A DNA stretch of 63,675 nt, the filler included, from Salisapilia sapeloensis CBS 127946 (lineage: Eukaryota; Protista; Oomycota): NCBI GenBank assembly GCA_023334545.1. It is 5 parts of 5 records of this genome, joined end to end, with 100 filler letters (N's around TTAATTAATTAA, not from the genome) between each part and the next. Parts side by side here need not be neighbours in the genome. Positions count along the whole stretch, not along the records: positions 26,894 to 48,324 come from JAADVB010000284.1; positions 48,425 to 60,473 come from JAADVB010000419.1; 3 more parts are not named here. One strand, written 5' to 3'. The notes below the pieces were generated by a model that saw only the letters and a program-made list of their open reading frames with translations, was not told the origin of the DNA and searched no databases. The position numbers were made by a program, and so were the translations under genes. Positions 42,468 through 54,444 of the stretch are shown here, in pieces. Numbering within the stretch: the stretch's first letter is position 1; each line of letters begins with the position of its first letter.

Positions 42468-45400
42468 ATGTACGTTCGATCTCTTCCTTTGGATAAGCAA
42501 GACATTGCCTATAGCCTCACGGAAGATGTACGAAATAAAAGGATCGGGGTGACGAGGTCCGTTAGTGACCTGCAGCCTGGAGTGATACGATGCCAGTCGG
42601 ATGTAAAACCAGGCCGATCGGACAAGCGAGCTTCCCAACCGAATCTGTATATCAAGCATGAGTCGATAAATTATCTCGAGAGACGACGGACGGATGCAAG
42701 TAAAAAAGCTTTGGAACGAAATCGAAAGCCCGTGATCGTCCCAGAGATCCTCCGGCCATCCCATTCAGACGTAACTCTGGAAAGACACACATTTATCCAT
42801 CCAACGGCCATTACCGCCAGTATCGAACGATCTGAGACGATATTGAGAGTGTTGTCGAGGGAATGGAAACAGGATAAAGGGATCATTCAGTCTTCGAACT
42901 TGTCACAAGAGCTGGATCGACTGGAGAGACAAAAGGAACAAATTGTATTGAATGCTGCTGAGACGAATCTGGAAGCCCATCGACTGTACAATGAGATTCG
43001 GAATCGAAACATCCAACTCGTCTACAAATTCACACCATTGTTTAAGATCTATGCAAAGCATCAAATGAGACCGTACTGGTTGCAATGGATCTCGTATGTC
43101 CAATGGTTCGATGCCGAGACAAAACGATTGTCCTCACAGCAAATGCACATCATTCGAGTCCAAAGGTTAATACGTCGACGACTAGAACGACGCCGGCTGA
43201 AGAGTTACCGACTGGCAATTTGGTGGTCGGAATACAAGGCGGCATCACTTGTCCAGCGTTGGTGGCGACATCTTTTGTATACGAAGGAGGCAGCGTGGAA
43301 ACAAACAGTCAATGCAATTACCCGAATGCAGTCACGCTGGAAGGGACGAAAGTGTCGAGCACGGCTCAAGAAAGCACTACAAACGGACATTCGTAACCTT
43401 CTGCTTTATATATCACCCAACGGGACGTTGCATCGGCTACTAGATATTGCTAAAGGTAGTCAGAAGAATACGAAGTTACTAGAGTATTTCCTATCACTCA
43501 TCGTCGAAACGAAAGTTGAGCTCCAAACTCGAACTTCACCAGGACAACCACCACCAGACAAATCGTTCATTCCAGCTATACAGCCTACTTTACCGCAGCT
43601 TATTCAAGGACTTCAAGCTCTCCAGTACTTTGTCAAGAGACGAGAACGAGAGAAAGAATCCAAGAAGGCAATTTATCGGCACGATCAATCTATAAAGCGA
43701 TATCATGCAGATACAGGTCGGATGCAACAGCAAGCGAATGAACTGCGGAGGACCGAAATGCGACTAGTTGAGGCAACGGAAAGAAGTTTAATGGCTCGAG
43801 CGGAGATGGAAATGAAGGAGTATTGGAGGAGATTGCGTCAAGCTGATGTGGATGCCGTCCGTCGAAAGTATCTACGCCAATTAAGGAATGAAAAGGCGGA
43901 GAGAGAGTTGATGCAGATGGAGGAAGCTTGGATGAAGTACTATTTGATGGAAACTCATCGACGAAAAGTGGATCGGCAGAAGAGAGAACAAGAGCTAGTG
44001 AAGCAAAAAGAGTTACGAGAAAAAGCGCTGGAACTGAACAAGAAGGAGATGGAAGAACTGGAACGCGTAAATGAGGAGAAGCGGTTGGAGCTGCAGCAAC
44101 GGCTGGAAGAAACGAAATTTCGACAACGGGAAGCATGGGCCGAGTTGTCGAAAGCTGAACAGCATGATATGGAAGTGCGTGCAAAGGCTCGCATTCAACT
44201 TGGAATGGAAGAAGAGCATCGAAAGCGGATGCTTGAAGACAATATAAAGGCAGAGGAAGTCCAGCGATTGCAAGAGATAGAGAGGAAGCGAAAGGTGCGT
44301 GAAGAAGAGTTGGAACGAGAGCAGAGTGAGCGAGACGCGATGTTGGTGGAAGAAATGAGATGTCGACAAATTACTTGGCACGAAAAGAAAGTGAAGCAAG
44401 CTGTAGGCTGGAAATCGAAACGTGTGAAAGAGATTACAAAATATGCGTTAGATCCGATGCAATTTGAAGAGCTGAGAGCACAAAAGGAAGAAGAAGAACG
44501 TGAACGGCGTGAATTGTATTTAATGAAAGTGGAGGATGTAAGAGATCGAGCTATCCATACGATAGAGCGGAAGAGGAGGTACTTGGACGAATGTCGTGAA
44601 CGAAGGCGACTAAAAGCAATTGAAGAAGCGCGTGAACGAAAGGAAACTTTGTGTATGACGAAGCAGGATGAGTGGTGCTTAAAATGGAGAGAAGAGCAAC
44701 GACGACAAGAGGAGTATCAACGCAAATTGGAAGAGATGAGAGCATTGGCAACTATTGAATTTGAAAAGCGACAACGATGGCTTTTAGAAGCGCACAATCG
44801 CCAGTGTATGCATGAAGAGGAGATGAAACAGAGACGGGTAGATCAAGCTCGAAGGGAAATAGAAAAACGAAGGCTTAAGCTTGAGCATGAGCGCATGACT
44901 ATGGAGGAAATGAGATCACAACAAATTGAGATGGCTATGCGCAAAGACAGAGACCGATGGGTCCGTGACCGAACTCTCTTAGGAATGCTGAAAGAAGATG
45001 CACTTGCATTGTGTAGATCAGACTGGTTGAAGGATGGAAAGCGCCTAGAAGGTTTGCTATGGACACCTGAAGACGGTGCCGCTTTTGAATACTTGATAGA
45101 GCTTCACGAGTCCGTTTTACTTACTAATGTCCATGTCTTTCGGTCTTTAACTGCCTTGGAAGATGCCCCACCATTTGATTTGGACTTTGATGCTGTCATC
45201 AAGAATCAGGAGCAAGAGTTCAGATTAAATGAACAACAAGTGCCAGTTAGGAAGAGGAAACCTCGACGATTCTTTTATCACGAGTTCTTCGAAGAAGATC
45301 CGATACTATCAGCACTTGGTCCGGCGAAGGTGGTAAGCTTTCCAGAGAAAAGTAGTGCTCAAATCCGAGCGAAGGAGAGATGGAAAACGCTATCCGATCA

Positions 45401-46430
45401 TTTCTTTCCTCCTGTCCACTTTCCAAATGCATTGAAGCTAGGAATGCACTTGATGAGCTGTCGTAAGTATGAACAAGCAGCTAATGTCTTTCGAGATGCA
45501 GTATGCACTGCAGAAGCCCACGGTAGGAAGCCTATGGTCAAAGTAATTCGGCAGTTGGCTCGATGTTACCTTTGCCTGTGGCATGTTCGTGCGGATAAAC
45601 GATGGCTCTCCAAGTCATTGCTTTACTTTCAGCGCATGGGAAGCCACATGGAAATGTTTGGATCGCCAACGTACCTACAAGAGTATGCTTCGGTTTTGGA
45701 GCAAATGGGTAGTTATCAGATAGCAGCAAAAGTATTAGGTGGGATTGTGAAATGCTTTCCACTCTATGTCCGGATAAACGAAGTTATCTTTCGTGCCGGT
45801 ATCATCCTCTTTGCGTTACAGCAGTATCATCAAAGTCGAGAGTACTTGCTACATGTAATGGATTGTGCTGAAACTGGGTGGAAACCACATGAAATGTTGT
45901 TTCTCGTGGCGAGGATATTACATTGTGAAGGCAAAGCATCACATAAGTTATCGTCCGTGGCTTTCGAAGACGCATATCGCAAGGATATTGATGGGAAACC
46001 TTTCGACAGATTTCCAACATGGAAAGAGTGGGTCCAATCGCCACAAACATGGAGAGAATTTGGTGATTTATGCTTCAAGAAACGAGAGTTTGTGATTGCC
46101 AAAGATGCTTACACAATCATGTTAAAGCGTACATCAGGCACGAGTAATAGCTCTCCAAAGCGACGAACTAGAAAGTCAAATCACGAACAGAGGATGGATG
46201 AGGACTGGCATCGGCTCGCCCGAGCGAGTGCAATGGTTCATGACCAGGCAACAACAGTGTATGCTTTAAAAAAATGGCTGAAGAAACACTCATATGCAGC
46301 TTCTGTAGAAGAGAAGTATCGTCAATGGCCAAAAGTGCGATGGAAGCTACTAGGTATATCCATGCGGGAGTCAATGCATGATAAGAAAACATCAGAGTCC
46401 GCAACACATAACACGGCGAAGTCTAGTTGA
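42468..46430 (+). CDS. 1320-aa IQ-motif / long coiled-coil / C-terminal TPR protein
   Basis: IQ-like RVQRLIRRRL, LVQRWWRHLL and RMQSRWKGRKCR; E/R/K-rich coiled coil; TPR-like helices (YEQAANVFRDA, YQIAAKVLG, YHQSREYLL). Confidence 0.8.
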   Translation: MYVRSLPLDKQDIAYSLTEDVRNKRIGVTRSVSDLQPGVIRCQSDVKPGRSDKRASQPNLYIKHESINYLERRRTDASKKALERNRKPVIVPEILRPSHSDVTLERHTFIHPTAITASIERSETILRVLSREWKQDKGIIQSSNLSQELDRLERQKEQIVLNAAETNLEAHRLYNEIRNRNIQLVYKFTPLFKIYAKHQMRPYWLQWISYVQWFDAETKRLSSQQMHIIRVQRLIRRRLERRRLKSYRLAIWWSEYKAASLVQRWWRHLLYTKEAAWKQTVNAITRMQSRWKGRKCRARLKKALQTDIRNLLLYISPNGTLHRLLDIAKGSQKNTKLLEYFLSLIVETKVELQTRTSPGQPPPDKSFIPAIQPTLPQLIQGLQALQYFVKRREREKESKKAIYRHDQSIKRYHADTGRMQQQANELRRTEMRLVEATERSLMARAEMEMKEYWRRLRQADVDAVRRKYLRQLRNEKAERELMQMEEAWMKYYLMETHRRKVDRQKREQELVKQKELREKALELNKKEMEELERVNEEKRLELQQRLEETKFRQREAWAELSKAEQHDMEVRAKARIQLGMEEEHRKRMLEDNIKAEEVQRLQEIERKRKVREEELEREQSERDAMLVEEMRCRQITWHEKKVKQAVGWKSKRVKEITKYALDPMQFEELRAQKEEEERERRELYLMKVEDVRDRAIHTIERKRRYLDECRERRRLKAIEEARERKETLCMTKQDEWCLKWREEQRRQEEYQRKLEEMRALATIEFEKRQRWLLEAHNRQCMHEEEMKQRRVDQARREIEKRRLKLEHERMTMEEMRSQQIEMAMRKDRDRWVRDRTLLGMLKEDALALCRSDWLKDGKRLEGLLWTPEDGAAFEYLIELHESVLLTNVHVFRSLTALEDAPPFDLDFDAVIKNQEQEFRLNEQQVPVRKRKPRRFFYHEFFEEDPILSALGPAKVVSFPEKSSAQIRAKERWKTLSDHFFPPVHFPNALKLGMHLMSCRKYEQAANVFRDAVCTAEAHGRKPMVKVIRQLARCYLCLWHVRADKRWLSKSLLYFQRMGSHMEMFGSPTYLQEYASVLEQMGSYQIAAKVLGGIVKCFPLYVRINEVIFRAGIILFALQQYHQSREYLLHVMDCAETGWKPHEMLFLVARILHCEGKASHKLSSVAFEDAYRKDIDGKPFDRFPTWKEWVQSPQTWREFGDLCFKKREFVIAKDAYTIMLKRTSGTSNSSPKRRTRKSNHEQRMDEDWHRLARASAMVHDQATTVYALKKWLKKHSYAASVEEKYRQWPKVRWKLLGISMRESMHDKKTSESATHNTAKSS

Positions 46431-46462
46431 TATGACTGTGCATGAGCCTTTATATTATCCCT

Positions 46463-47538
46463 TTATGGATTAAAAATCGCCATGCTCTTGCGGTCAACAG
46501 CAGCGTGAACGTGAGAAGCGATTTGGTCGAAGAGCTTAGAGTCTTCGAACGTAGCGGTTTTCATCTCGCCAGACTGTGCGTCCTTATATTTGACACAACT
46601 AGCACGCAGCACAATCCTGGATGTACTGGATATAAAGCATGCGTCCCATTCGCTGATATCTGTGAGCTTTGGTGCTTCAAATTTGATTGGAATGTCGTTC
46701 TCGCGACAAACTTCCAACACAAGCTCCCGAACGGTTCCTTGCAGAATGTCTTCGTCAGCAGTATAGACACAGTCTTGATGAATAACAAAGAAATTTGTTT
46801 GGGAGCCTTCTGGAAGTGTCTGTGTGGCAGGATCCACGAGTACGATTTCCTCCGTATCGCTTTCCATACGATCATACAGCGCCTGGCGGTCTTGGACCCA
46901 CTTGGTGTCTTTCGCGGCAGCATTCTCTCTTGGCATTCCCATGATTTCCAACTTGACGGGACCCTTACGAGCAGGTGGAAGTAGACCGATGTGGCAGAAA
47001 ATGTCAAAGTAGGATGGTAGCTACACGAGGTACATGTCAATGATCAATATTACTAAATTGCTAATTTGCGTTCATCGTACCTGATCTTGCACCAGTGCGC
47101 CTTGGCTTTCTTCTTTCAAGCACACGAGAAGAGTGAGTTTATACTCATCGGATGTTTGCGGGTCGAAACGTTCGTGCAGGTCTGTCATCGCAGCTCGCAT
47201 CGTATCGATCGTATGGGATTCTAGTGCATTTCGAATAGCACTCGGTGAAGCAGTATCGATCATATAAATGGACTTGATCGAATTGGCTACAATAGATTGC
47301 CATAGAGGATGATAAGCTATCCGCTTGATTGTCTGCACGAAGAAGAATGCTTAAAAGACGTACCGAGCCGTTGCATGTGCATGTCAAAATCAAAGACTTT
47401 GGTCCGTCCAATTGTCCTCGCACTTGTATAGGCTCCTCGTGGGTGAGCTAGGAGGAAGTTTGTTGCATTATCTTTCGTAGCAAAAGCTCTGCCATTGCGA
47501 GCAGCAGTCACAACGATCTCGGACAGACGAGCGGCCAT
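46463..47538 (-). CDS. Class IV PLP-dependent aminotransferase-like protein (D-amino acid aminotransferase / ADC lyase fold), multi-exon
   Basis: PRGAYTSART...FDFDMHMQRL, RENAAAKDTKW, EGSQTNFFVI, ILQGTVRELVLEVC and ACFISSTSR. Confidence 0.82.
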
Positions 47539-48324
47539 TTCTTGATCTAAATGTGAACATTTGCAATCATGTCTTGTACAAGATGACAATATCGAATCCT
47601 TAAAAGTCATAATGGAGATCACGGATCGGCCATTCTAAAGTTGCTTCTTACGAGCAAAATATCAGCTATACGTAATTCACAAGCAGTTCTCCTAGACCTA
47701 CGAAGAAATAATATAGCTTTATTTTATTGGCTTTTCAATATTTTGGATGAGGTAGCTTTAATCGTACGTGATAAAGTCTTTGTGATTGCTATAGCGACGG
47801 TGTGGAATTTACCCGTCCATTTTCCATCGATTTTCATATATCATGGACATAGTGGAAGGAGCTAAGGCATCGGGGTACAATCTGAGGGCAGATTGTCAGC
47901 GTGTCTAAAACTCAACCTGACAAAATAACCAAAGTAAATAACTGTAGAAAATGTTTGCATGAATACACATCAAGTTTTGAAATATCGTCCAGCCCGTGAA
48001 CCATGCATAATCCACTGCATTCGTAAGCTAAGCTTTTTTACATATTAAGACAATGTTTATTGAGCAAATAATCGGGTATTATGCAAGGACTAATAGATAT
48101 TATAAAAACAAGCACGCAAAAATTGTGATAGGACTCAATGCCCAAGTCTTTGGCCGTTCGTCCTACTCTTATATCATTATCAGCCTTCCCTTTCCTATCC
48201 ACGTATATCGTCCGTCCCTCTGTCATGCTTTGGCGGGAATAGCACGGTGCATATCGTGGGTTATCGCCGGAAGTCTAGGTTGAAGTTGCATTCGATGTAC
48301 TTGCGCTATTGAGCTCCTCGCCAA

Positions 48325-48424
48325 NNNNNNNNNNNNNNNNNNNNNNNNNNNNNNNNNNNNNNNNNNNNTTAATTAATTAANNNNNNNNNNNNNNNNNNNN
48401 NNNNNNNNNNNNNNNNNNNNNNNN
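48325..48424. other. Artificial contig-joining spacer
   Basis: 44 N + TTAATTAATTAA + 44 N. Confidence 0.97.
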
Positions 48425-49264
48425 GACAATCGAAAGGTTCGCACCGTCCACACTGCTGGACTTGGAGCAGACTTGACAGGAAGGAATTGCGAGTTTCTGG
48501 ATAGGCTCTGTCTTTTGGTCTTGGAGGCGCTTTATTATATACAGCATCGGCTTACCAAATTCCAGATCCGCGGATGAATTCGCCCTCGCCTTGGCGAGTG
48601 TACTGTTCGGATCTTCGCTGGACAAGTCGATCGTTACTCCAGTTGCGACAGTAGATTGCTCTCCCTTCTCCCTCGGGCTAGTCCTAGTGACACTGAAAGT
48701 CTGCTCTGCATCGGACATGCCCTCTTCATTTCCACCATTCATGTTCGGCTCCGTTACCGTATTGGCCGCCACTTGTCCAATAGAATGTAGATCATTCGGT
48801 CTTTCGTCACCAGCGGTACGATGTGTACCTGTCTTTTTATCACGTGCCACATGTGTGCTGGCGAATGAAGGAGGGTTGCCTTCCTTCTCCTGTGCAAAAC
48901 TCATGCTGCTACTAGGATTTTTCTGCGGTTCTTTGGCTATAAAATCCATTTGTTGCAGTTCGTGCGGACGACTCGTTTCACTTGCCAATTGGTCCTCTGT
49001 ATCTGTTCGACTTGTGCTATCCAGCGCATTGGAGCGTTCGCTGTCATTCTTTACATTGGCCTGTTCTGCCGTCGGGCACTCGTCTTCGGCAGGATGTGAA
49101 AGATACATGCTCGACTGTAAACCTTTTAAAGTGTCTTGCATGACGACAGCTGAGGCTTCCATACGATTATTGCCAGTGTACTCTGTTCTGAGATTTATCA
49201 ATGTACGTGCACTTGTTTCCGTAAGCGCCTCGACCGCCGTGCGCAGGAGCAAATAACCAAGCAA
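48425..49264 (-). CDS. Hypothetical low-complexity protein, 3'-truncated at contig edge; start uncertain
   Basis: Long open frame running into the gap; a CxxC (CQVC) just before truncation may begin a zinc finger. Confidence 0.5.
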
Positions 49265-49406
49265 AGCACAAGACGTTCCGCTCTTTATTTGGTTTTCCAG
49301 TCCATTTGCAGCCTCTACTGGCTGAGTCCATTGGACAAGGCCTTATTTAAATATGTGGAAGGCGTCCGCTCTCATATGGCGCCAGGATGTGGACTACAGG
49401 TGAAAA

Positions 49407-50221
49407 ATGGAAGAGGTAGCAGAATTAGAGGAATTTGTAGCGCTGGCGAAGACGGAGGGAAATAAGAGGGACCTTCTGCAGTTAATTAATAGGAAGAAGG
49501 CGGCGTTGGAACCCAAACTAGACAACCAGGACGTTGCACCAGCCAAAGGAGACACGACTGTTGGCCAGAGTGGCAGCGATCAGCGTTTCATCGAGATCTC
49601 TCGATTCGGATGGGAAGATGAAGGTGTGGAAAGATACGTGTCTGCTGTGCTCAATGAGAAGTTAAGCCCATGGTCTAGGATATGGAAAGCCAAAGGTGAC
49701 GGTGCACATCATGTCTGGCGTCGATGGCGTTGGAGACTTGCCCAAGGAGAGCATCCAGTGTGACTTTACGTCCACTTCATTCGACTTGAAGATCTATGGC
49801 CTGCAAGGAAAAAACTACCGGTACGTCAAGTCCGTTTCTCGCTTCTGACTACGTCTTTTAAGACTGGAGTAGGCTCGTGAAAAATAACTTGGACAAGGAG
49901 ATCGATCCAAACAAAAGCTCCTACCGAGTGCGCAAGAACCGCATTTCGGTTCTCCTATACAAAGAAGACGCAAACACGAGCTGGATGAATTTGACGGCCA
50001 AGAATTCTGGCGGCAAGAAACCCCAGCCGAATGATCCTACCGCTGGGCTTTTGGACATGATGAAGGTACCTTGACTGGAAACTTGGCTACTTTTTTCTCT
50101 GACCTGATGCCCAATGCTATTTACCTCGCAGAACATGTACCAGGAGGGAGATGCCGATACGAAAAGGACTATTGCGCAGGCGTGGGAGGAGAGTCAAAAG
50201 AAGAATCCAGCTGGTCTCTAA
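49407..50221 (+). CDS. CACYBP: Calcyclin-binding protein / Siah-interacting protein (CS + SGS domains), 4 exons
   Basis: ISRFGWEDEG, FTSTSFDLKI...GKNYR, NNLDKEIDP..SSYRV, DPTAGLLDMMK | NMYQEGDADTKRTIAQAWEES. Confidence 0.88.
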
Positions 50222-51602
50222 TGACTTTGAAATCTCTCTTATAAGACATCGTTTATCCAGGACCTACTCATCTTTCTACTATTCTCAATTGCTCTGGTCT
50301 ACGCCTCTTTTGATTGCATTTCTAACGACTACCAAGCATGGTGATCGATAGACCATTGTATCTCGAAAGTCTCCGTATGTAGTTTTGCGAGCTACGGATA
50401 ACCTTGTTCAAGTGAACTGGTTGATGAGGCCACGTAAACCGATCGAACAATCGAACAAGTGATTCATTGTTTATTGCTTGAATGCCATGACCAGCTTGGA
50501 CAGAAACCATCCCTGAAATGCCTCAAAGTCTCCGCCCGAATTGACGGGAGGTCAGGACGCGTGCGAAAGACAGAAACACACACAGCTATGCTCTTCTGTG
50601 AATTTTGTTGCTGTGAAATTGCCCCAAGAAAAATGCGTTTCGCATGTTGTGATGTATGTTAGCTGCGCTTGCTGTCGACGCTTTTGTGATGGCATGCCTT
50701 CTGTTGAACTACATAGTACTTGCATGTTCGCATTCACCTCTGGTTGATGGGCTAGACCGAAGGCTTGCGCTGTTCATACGACCTACTAAAGCAATCAGTT
50801 TTGGAAATTTGGGCAGAGGCACAACCTTTCATCGTTTCAACGCGAGTTGGCAGCTCGGACCAGCAACTAGTACATAGCTAGCATGCTGTCGAATTCACGC
50901 TTCATCATCTCACATGCACTTGTGTCGTGCACCATTCAAGACAATTGCAAAGACATCGACATCAGTCTACGATCACTAGAATGTAATCATTCTAGTTAGA
51001 GTAAAGGGGCATTAAAATCTATCAGCAGTTGTAGCCAAGGTGGTTCATGGTCGCAGAGCTTCTACATTGCTACCAAATGAGAATGTCTATATGTCATCGG
51101 ATACGTCCGTAGCAGCAGAGCAACGACGATGCTACACGCCTTGGCTGAAAGTTTATGTGGGCATAATTGCGTTTTGCTGAGCTTGTGGGTGAAACCGAGA
51201 TAATGTAGCCACGCAGACCAGGCGCATGCATCGCCAAGGTCTATATTAGCCCGAGAGGATGTCAAGTCGGGAGGACAAATTGCTTTCTTTTGACCATGCT
51301 TCAGAAAAAGCAGAGTATACTTCTTAAATTGGTTGACCATCAATAAAGCAATGATCGGACTGACAAAGACACCGCATTCGAATGATCAAGTGGCAAGAAC
51401 AAAGAGCTCTCTTTTGACCTGAAGTGCTGCATCCCTTCACGTTGTATATGTAGCCATTTTAGTGTTGACAAGCAAGTTATTTATTTAGATATCATATTTG
51501 ACAAATGAGCGATTTCAAAATTGCGAAAATTATGCTCAGAGTGAATAAATGACGAAGTTTCGGCTGGTGGACAACAAAACAGACAAAGCATTCGTAGTCA
51601 GA

Positions 51603-53358
51603 ATGAGCTCTGTGAACACGGCCGGCAGCGAACCAGCGCCTAAGCGCATGAAGATGAATACTGCTTCCATCGAGCCTGAAGAGCCAACTGTCGTCGATGA
51701 CTCTCGTATGGAGATGCGAGATGACGCTAGTGATGATGAAGAGGACGAGGAAGAACCCATGTCCATAATCGCTCAATTCCAGCGCGAGAGCGTAAGTATT
51801 ATGCCTTTCAAATTGTAAATCCAATGAAAGCTTACTTATACTGTGATGGACATTGCAGGGAGAAAACGTTGGACCGCAACTCGATCTTCCGATCACATCG
51901 AACGTGAAGCAAATGGAGGAACTCGTGAATGAGCTGCTGCAGGTGCGTCCATACAATCAATAATGCGGCTTCATACTTTGACTAAGTTTTCTCTTGAGTA
52001 GAATGGCAAAGAAAAAGTCCCGTATTCACTCTTTGTGGGTGACACAGAAGTCTCAACTACACTCCAAGCCACCATTAACGACCTCGTACTGCCTCTTATA
52101 TTACCAAAAATGCAATTCACATTATTAACATGAGCTCAAATGATAGAAATTGAGCACAGAGTCAGCATTGACGATCACCTTCCAGCCCCTAGCCGTCTTT
52201 CGAGTTCGCCCCGTCACTCGCTGCAGTGACACTCTTCAAGGTCACTCCGAAGCTGTTCTGCACGTCAGCTTCAGCCCAGACGGCAGAAAGCTTGCCAGTG
52301 GGGGCGGTGATGCCACCGTCCGCTTCTGGGACACATCTACTTGTATGCCAAAGCACACTGGACGCGGCCACAAGCACCATGTGCTCTGCACAGCATGGTC
52401 ACCTGACGGAGAGAAATTTGCTTCCGCAGACAAGACAGGCGAGATCCGGATGTGGGATCCCAAGACAGGTGAATGCAAACAAGTGATGAAAGGTCATCGT
52501 CAGTGGGTCAACTCCATTTCGTGGGAGCCTCTGCACCGCAACGCCAATTGCGAGCGCTTTGCCACTGCCTCGAAGGACGCAAGTATTAAAATTTGGAATG
52601 CACGTACCGGCCGACAGATCATTTCACTCACAGGACACACGGACTCTGTTGAATGCGTCAAGTGGGGCGGACAGGGGCTCTTGTACACTGCCTCGCGTGA
52701 TCGAACGATCAAAGTGTGGAACGTTGAGGGTGACTCGATTGGAAAACTAGTTCGAACACTATCCGGCCACGGCCATCGCATCAACACACTGGCATTGAAT
52801 GTGGACTATGTCTGCCGAACTGGTCCGTTCAGTCATAAGAACAACCTCGTGTTCAATTCTCGTGAAGACATGCAAGAGGCAGCTCGGAAACGATACGAAG
52901 GCGTCAAGCAGAGTCAGCCGGAGCGTCTTGTGTCCGGATCGGATGACTTTACACTGTTCATGTGGGAGCCTGAGACGAGTAAGAAGCCGGTGGAGAGACT
53001 GACGGGACACGTGCAACCAGTAAACCACCTCTGCTTTTCTCCTGACGGCAGATACTTTGCCAGCGCTTCTTTCGACAAAAAGGTCAAGGTCTGGAACGGG
53101 TCCAATGGCAAGTTCGTCTCGACGTTAACGGGTCACGTCGGATCGGTCTACCAAGTCGGATGGTCGAGTGATTCGAGACTCATCGTTAGTGCTAGCAAAG
53201 ACTCGACGGTCAAAGTGTGGGAGCTTAGTAACCCGAAGACGGCCAAGGCGACGCTGTCGGGACACCACGATGAAGTGTACGCGTTAGACTGGAGTCCGAA
53301 TGGAGCTCAAGTTGCATCAGGCAGTAAGGATCGGACCATCAAGATATGGAAACATTAG
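51603..53358 (+). CDS. NLE1: Notchless / Rsa4 ribosome assembly factor (NLE ubiquitin-like domain + WD40 repeats), multi-exon
   Basis: GPQLDLPITSNVKQMEELVNELL, TITFQPLAVFRVRPVTRC, eight WD repeats, ERLVSGSDDFTLFMW and ASGSKDRTIKIW. Confidence 0.93.
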
Positions 53359-53730
53359 ACGAGCGATGGCGTTTGAACGGCTACTCAATTACAGAATTGC
53401 ATACCTTCCACTTCAGAAACGTTTGTCGGTATTTTGGTATGCGTGCATGTGCGCTTAGTCTCTGTACCTGAGGAGTAGCCATTTAAATAGACGTAGGGTT
53501 AGAAAGAATGAAGTAAACTGCGGGATATGCAAACAGAGGTGTTGTCATCTTATCTGCTTGGATTTCATATAGAGTATCTAAAGTTGGAAAGATGGCAGAA
53601 AAGGGTGTTCAATTATAAAGGTATCGAGTACCATACAAAATGCAAAGTAAATTCTGGCGCGGAGAGTCCCAATAGCGAGGGTTGGCGCTTATTCGCGCCA
53701 AATGCCTATTATCGATTTCACCGGTCCGAG

Positions 53731-54350
53731 ATGAAGCGTTCACGAGAGTCCTTTGAGATTGAGTGCCCGCCCGCTTGCCGCGATTCGCCTCCACGCTCTC
53801 TATTGTCTACACACCAGTCTGCATCGATATCTCCTTGGAAGACTCGGTTGCTCTTTTCCTCCCTAGCCATTAAGGAGGAGCGTGCGACGCCACATAAAAA
53901 GCAGCGTGACCGAAACACACCTATCGGTATGGAACTAGCTTGATTCTTACATTTAGTACTTATGACTCAGTTTATATTAAATGATAGATGCTTTAAGTCG
54001 AATGATGAGCGCTGCCACGACATCGGCGAGACTTCAAAGACGCGTCGCCAACCAAGACTTTGTTTCGATGGCAGTATGCAACGGATGTGAAATTAAGGGT
54101 GGGTCGAAGCAATTGCTACATGCCCATGAAGTGGAGCCTTGCTCCCACTGTGAGCGCAGCATTGGTGCATGCTGTGCTTGCGAGTGTCTCAACTGCGGTG
54201 GCGTGTTCTGTTCTCTGTGCTCCACGATCAAGTAATATTTATTGTACATGCGTATCTGCTGCATAAACGTCTGACTTGTACATGTCTAGCTCTGATGAAC
54301 AGTTTGATCGTGTCTTTTGTCTTGCGTGCAACTCGGACCTTGGAAGATGA
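53731..54350 (+). CDS. SIVA-like Cys-rich zinc-finger protein, 3 exons
   Basis: Introns 53927-53987 and 54232-54289 give MKRSRESF...CNGC...CSHCERSIGACCACECLNCGGVFCSLCSTINSDEQFDRVFCLAC, matching the SIVA C-terminal Cys spacing as recalled. Confidence 0.75.
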
Positions 54351-54444
54351 AGCAAGTTGTGTATCCAACGTTCAAATTCAGATAATTCTGCTTTAATAAA
54401 GATCATGAAAATGTAATTATGCAATGCCCAAAGTCTTCTGGAAA

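Noticed and set aside
47877-47896. Perfect 8-bp hairpin ACAATCTG-AGGG-CAGATTGT upstream of the aminotransferase, considered as a Helitron end or riboswitch
   Set aside because: The following CTAA is not followed by the T expected of a Helitron target site, no 5' TC end or transposase was found, and TPP-riboswitch core motifs are absent; a single short hairpin can arise by chance.
50300-51540. Short ORFs in the CACYBP-NLE1 intergenic region
   Set aside because: No recognisable motifs or consistent splice path; treated as non-coding or unresolved.
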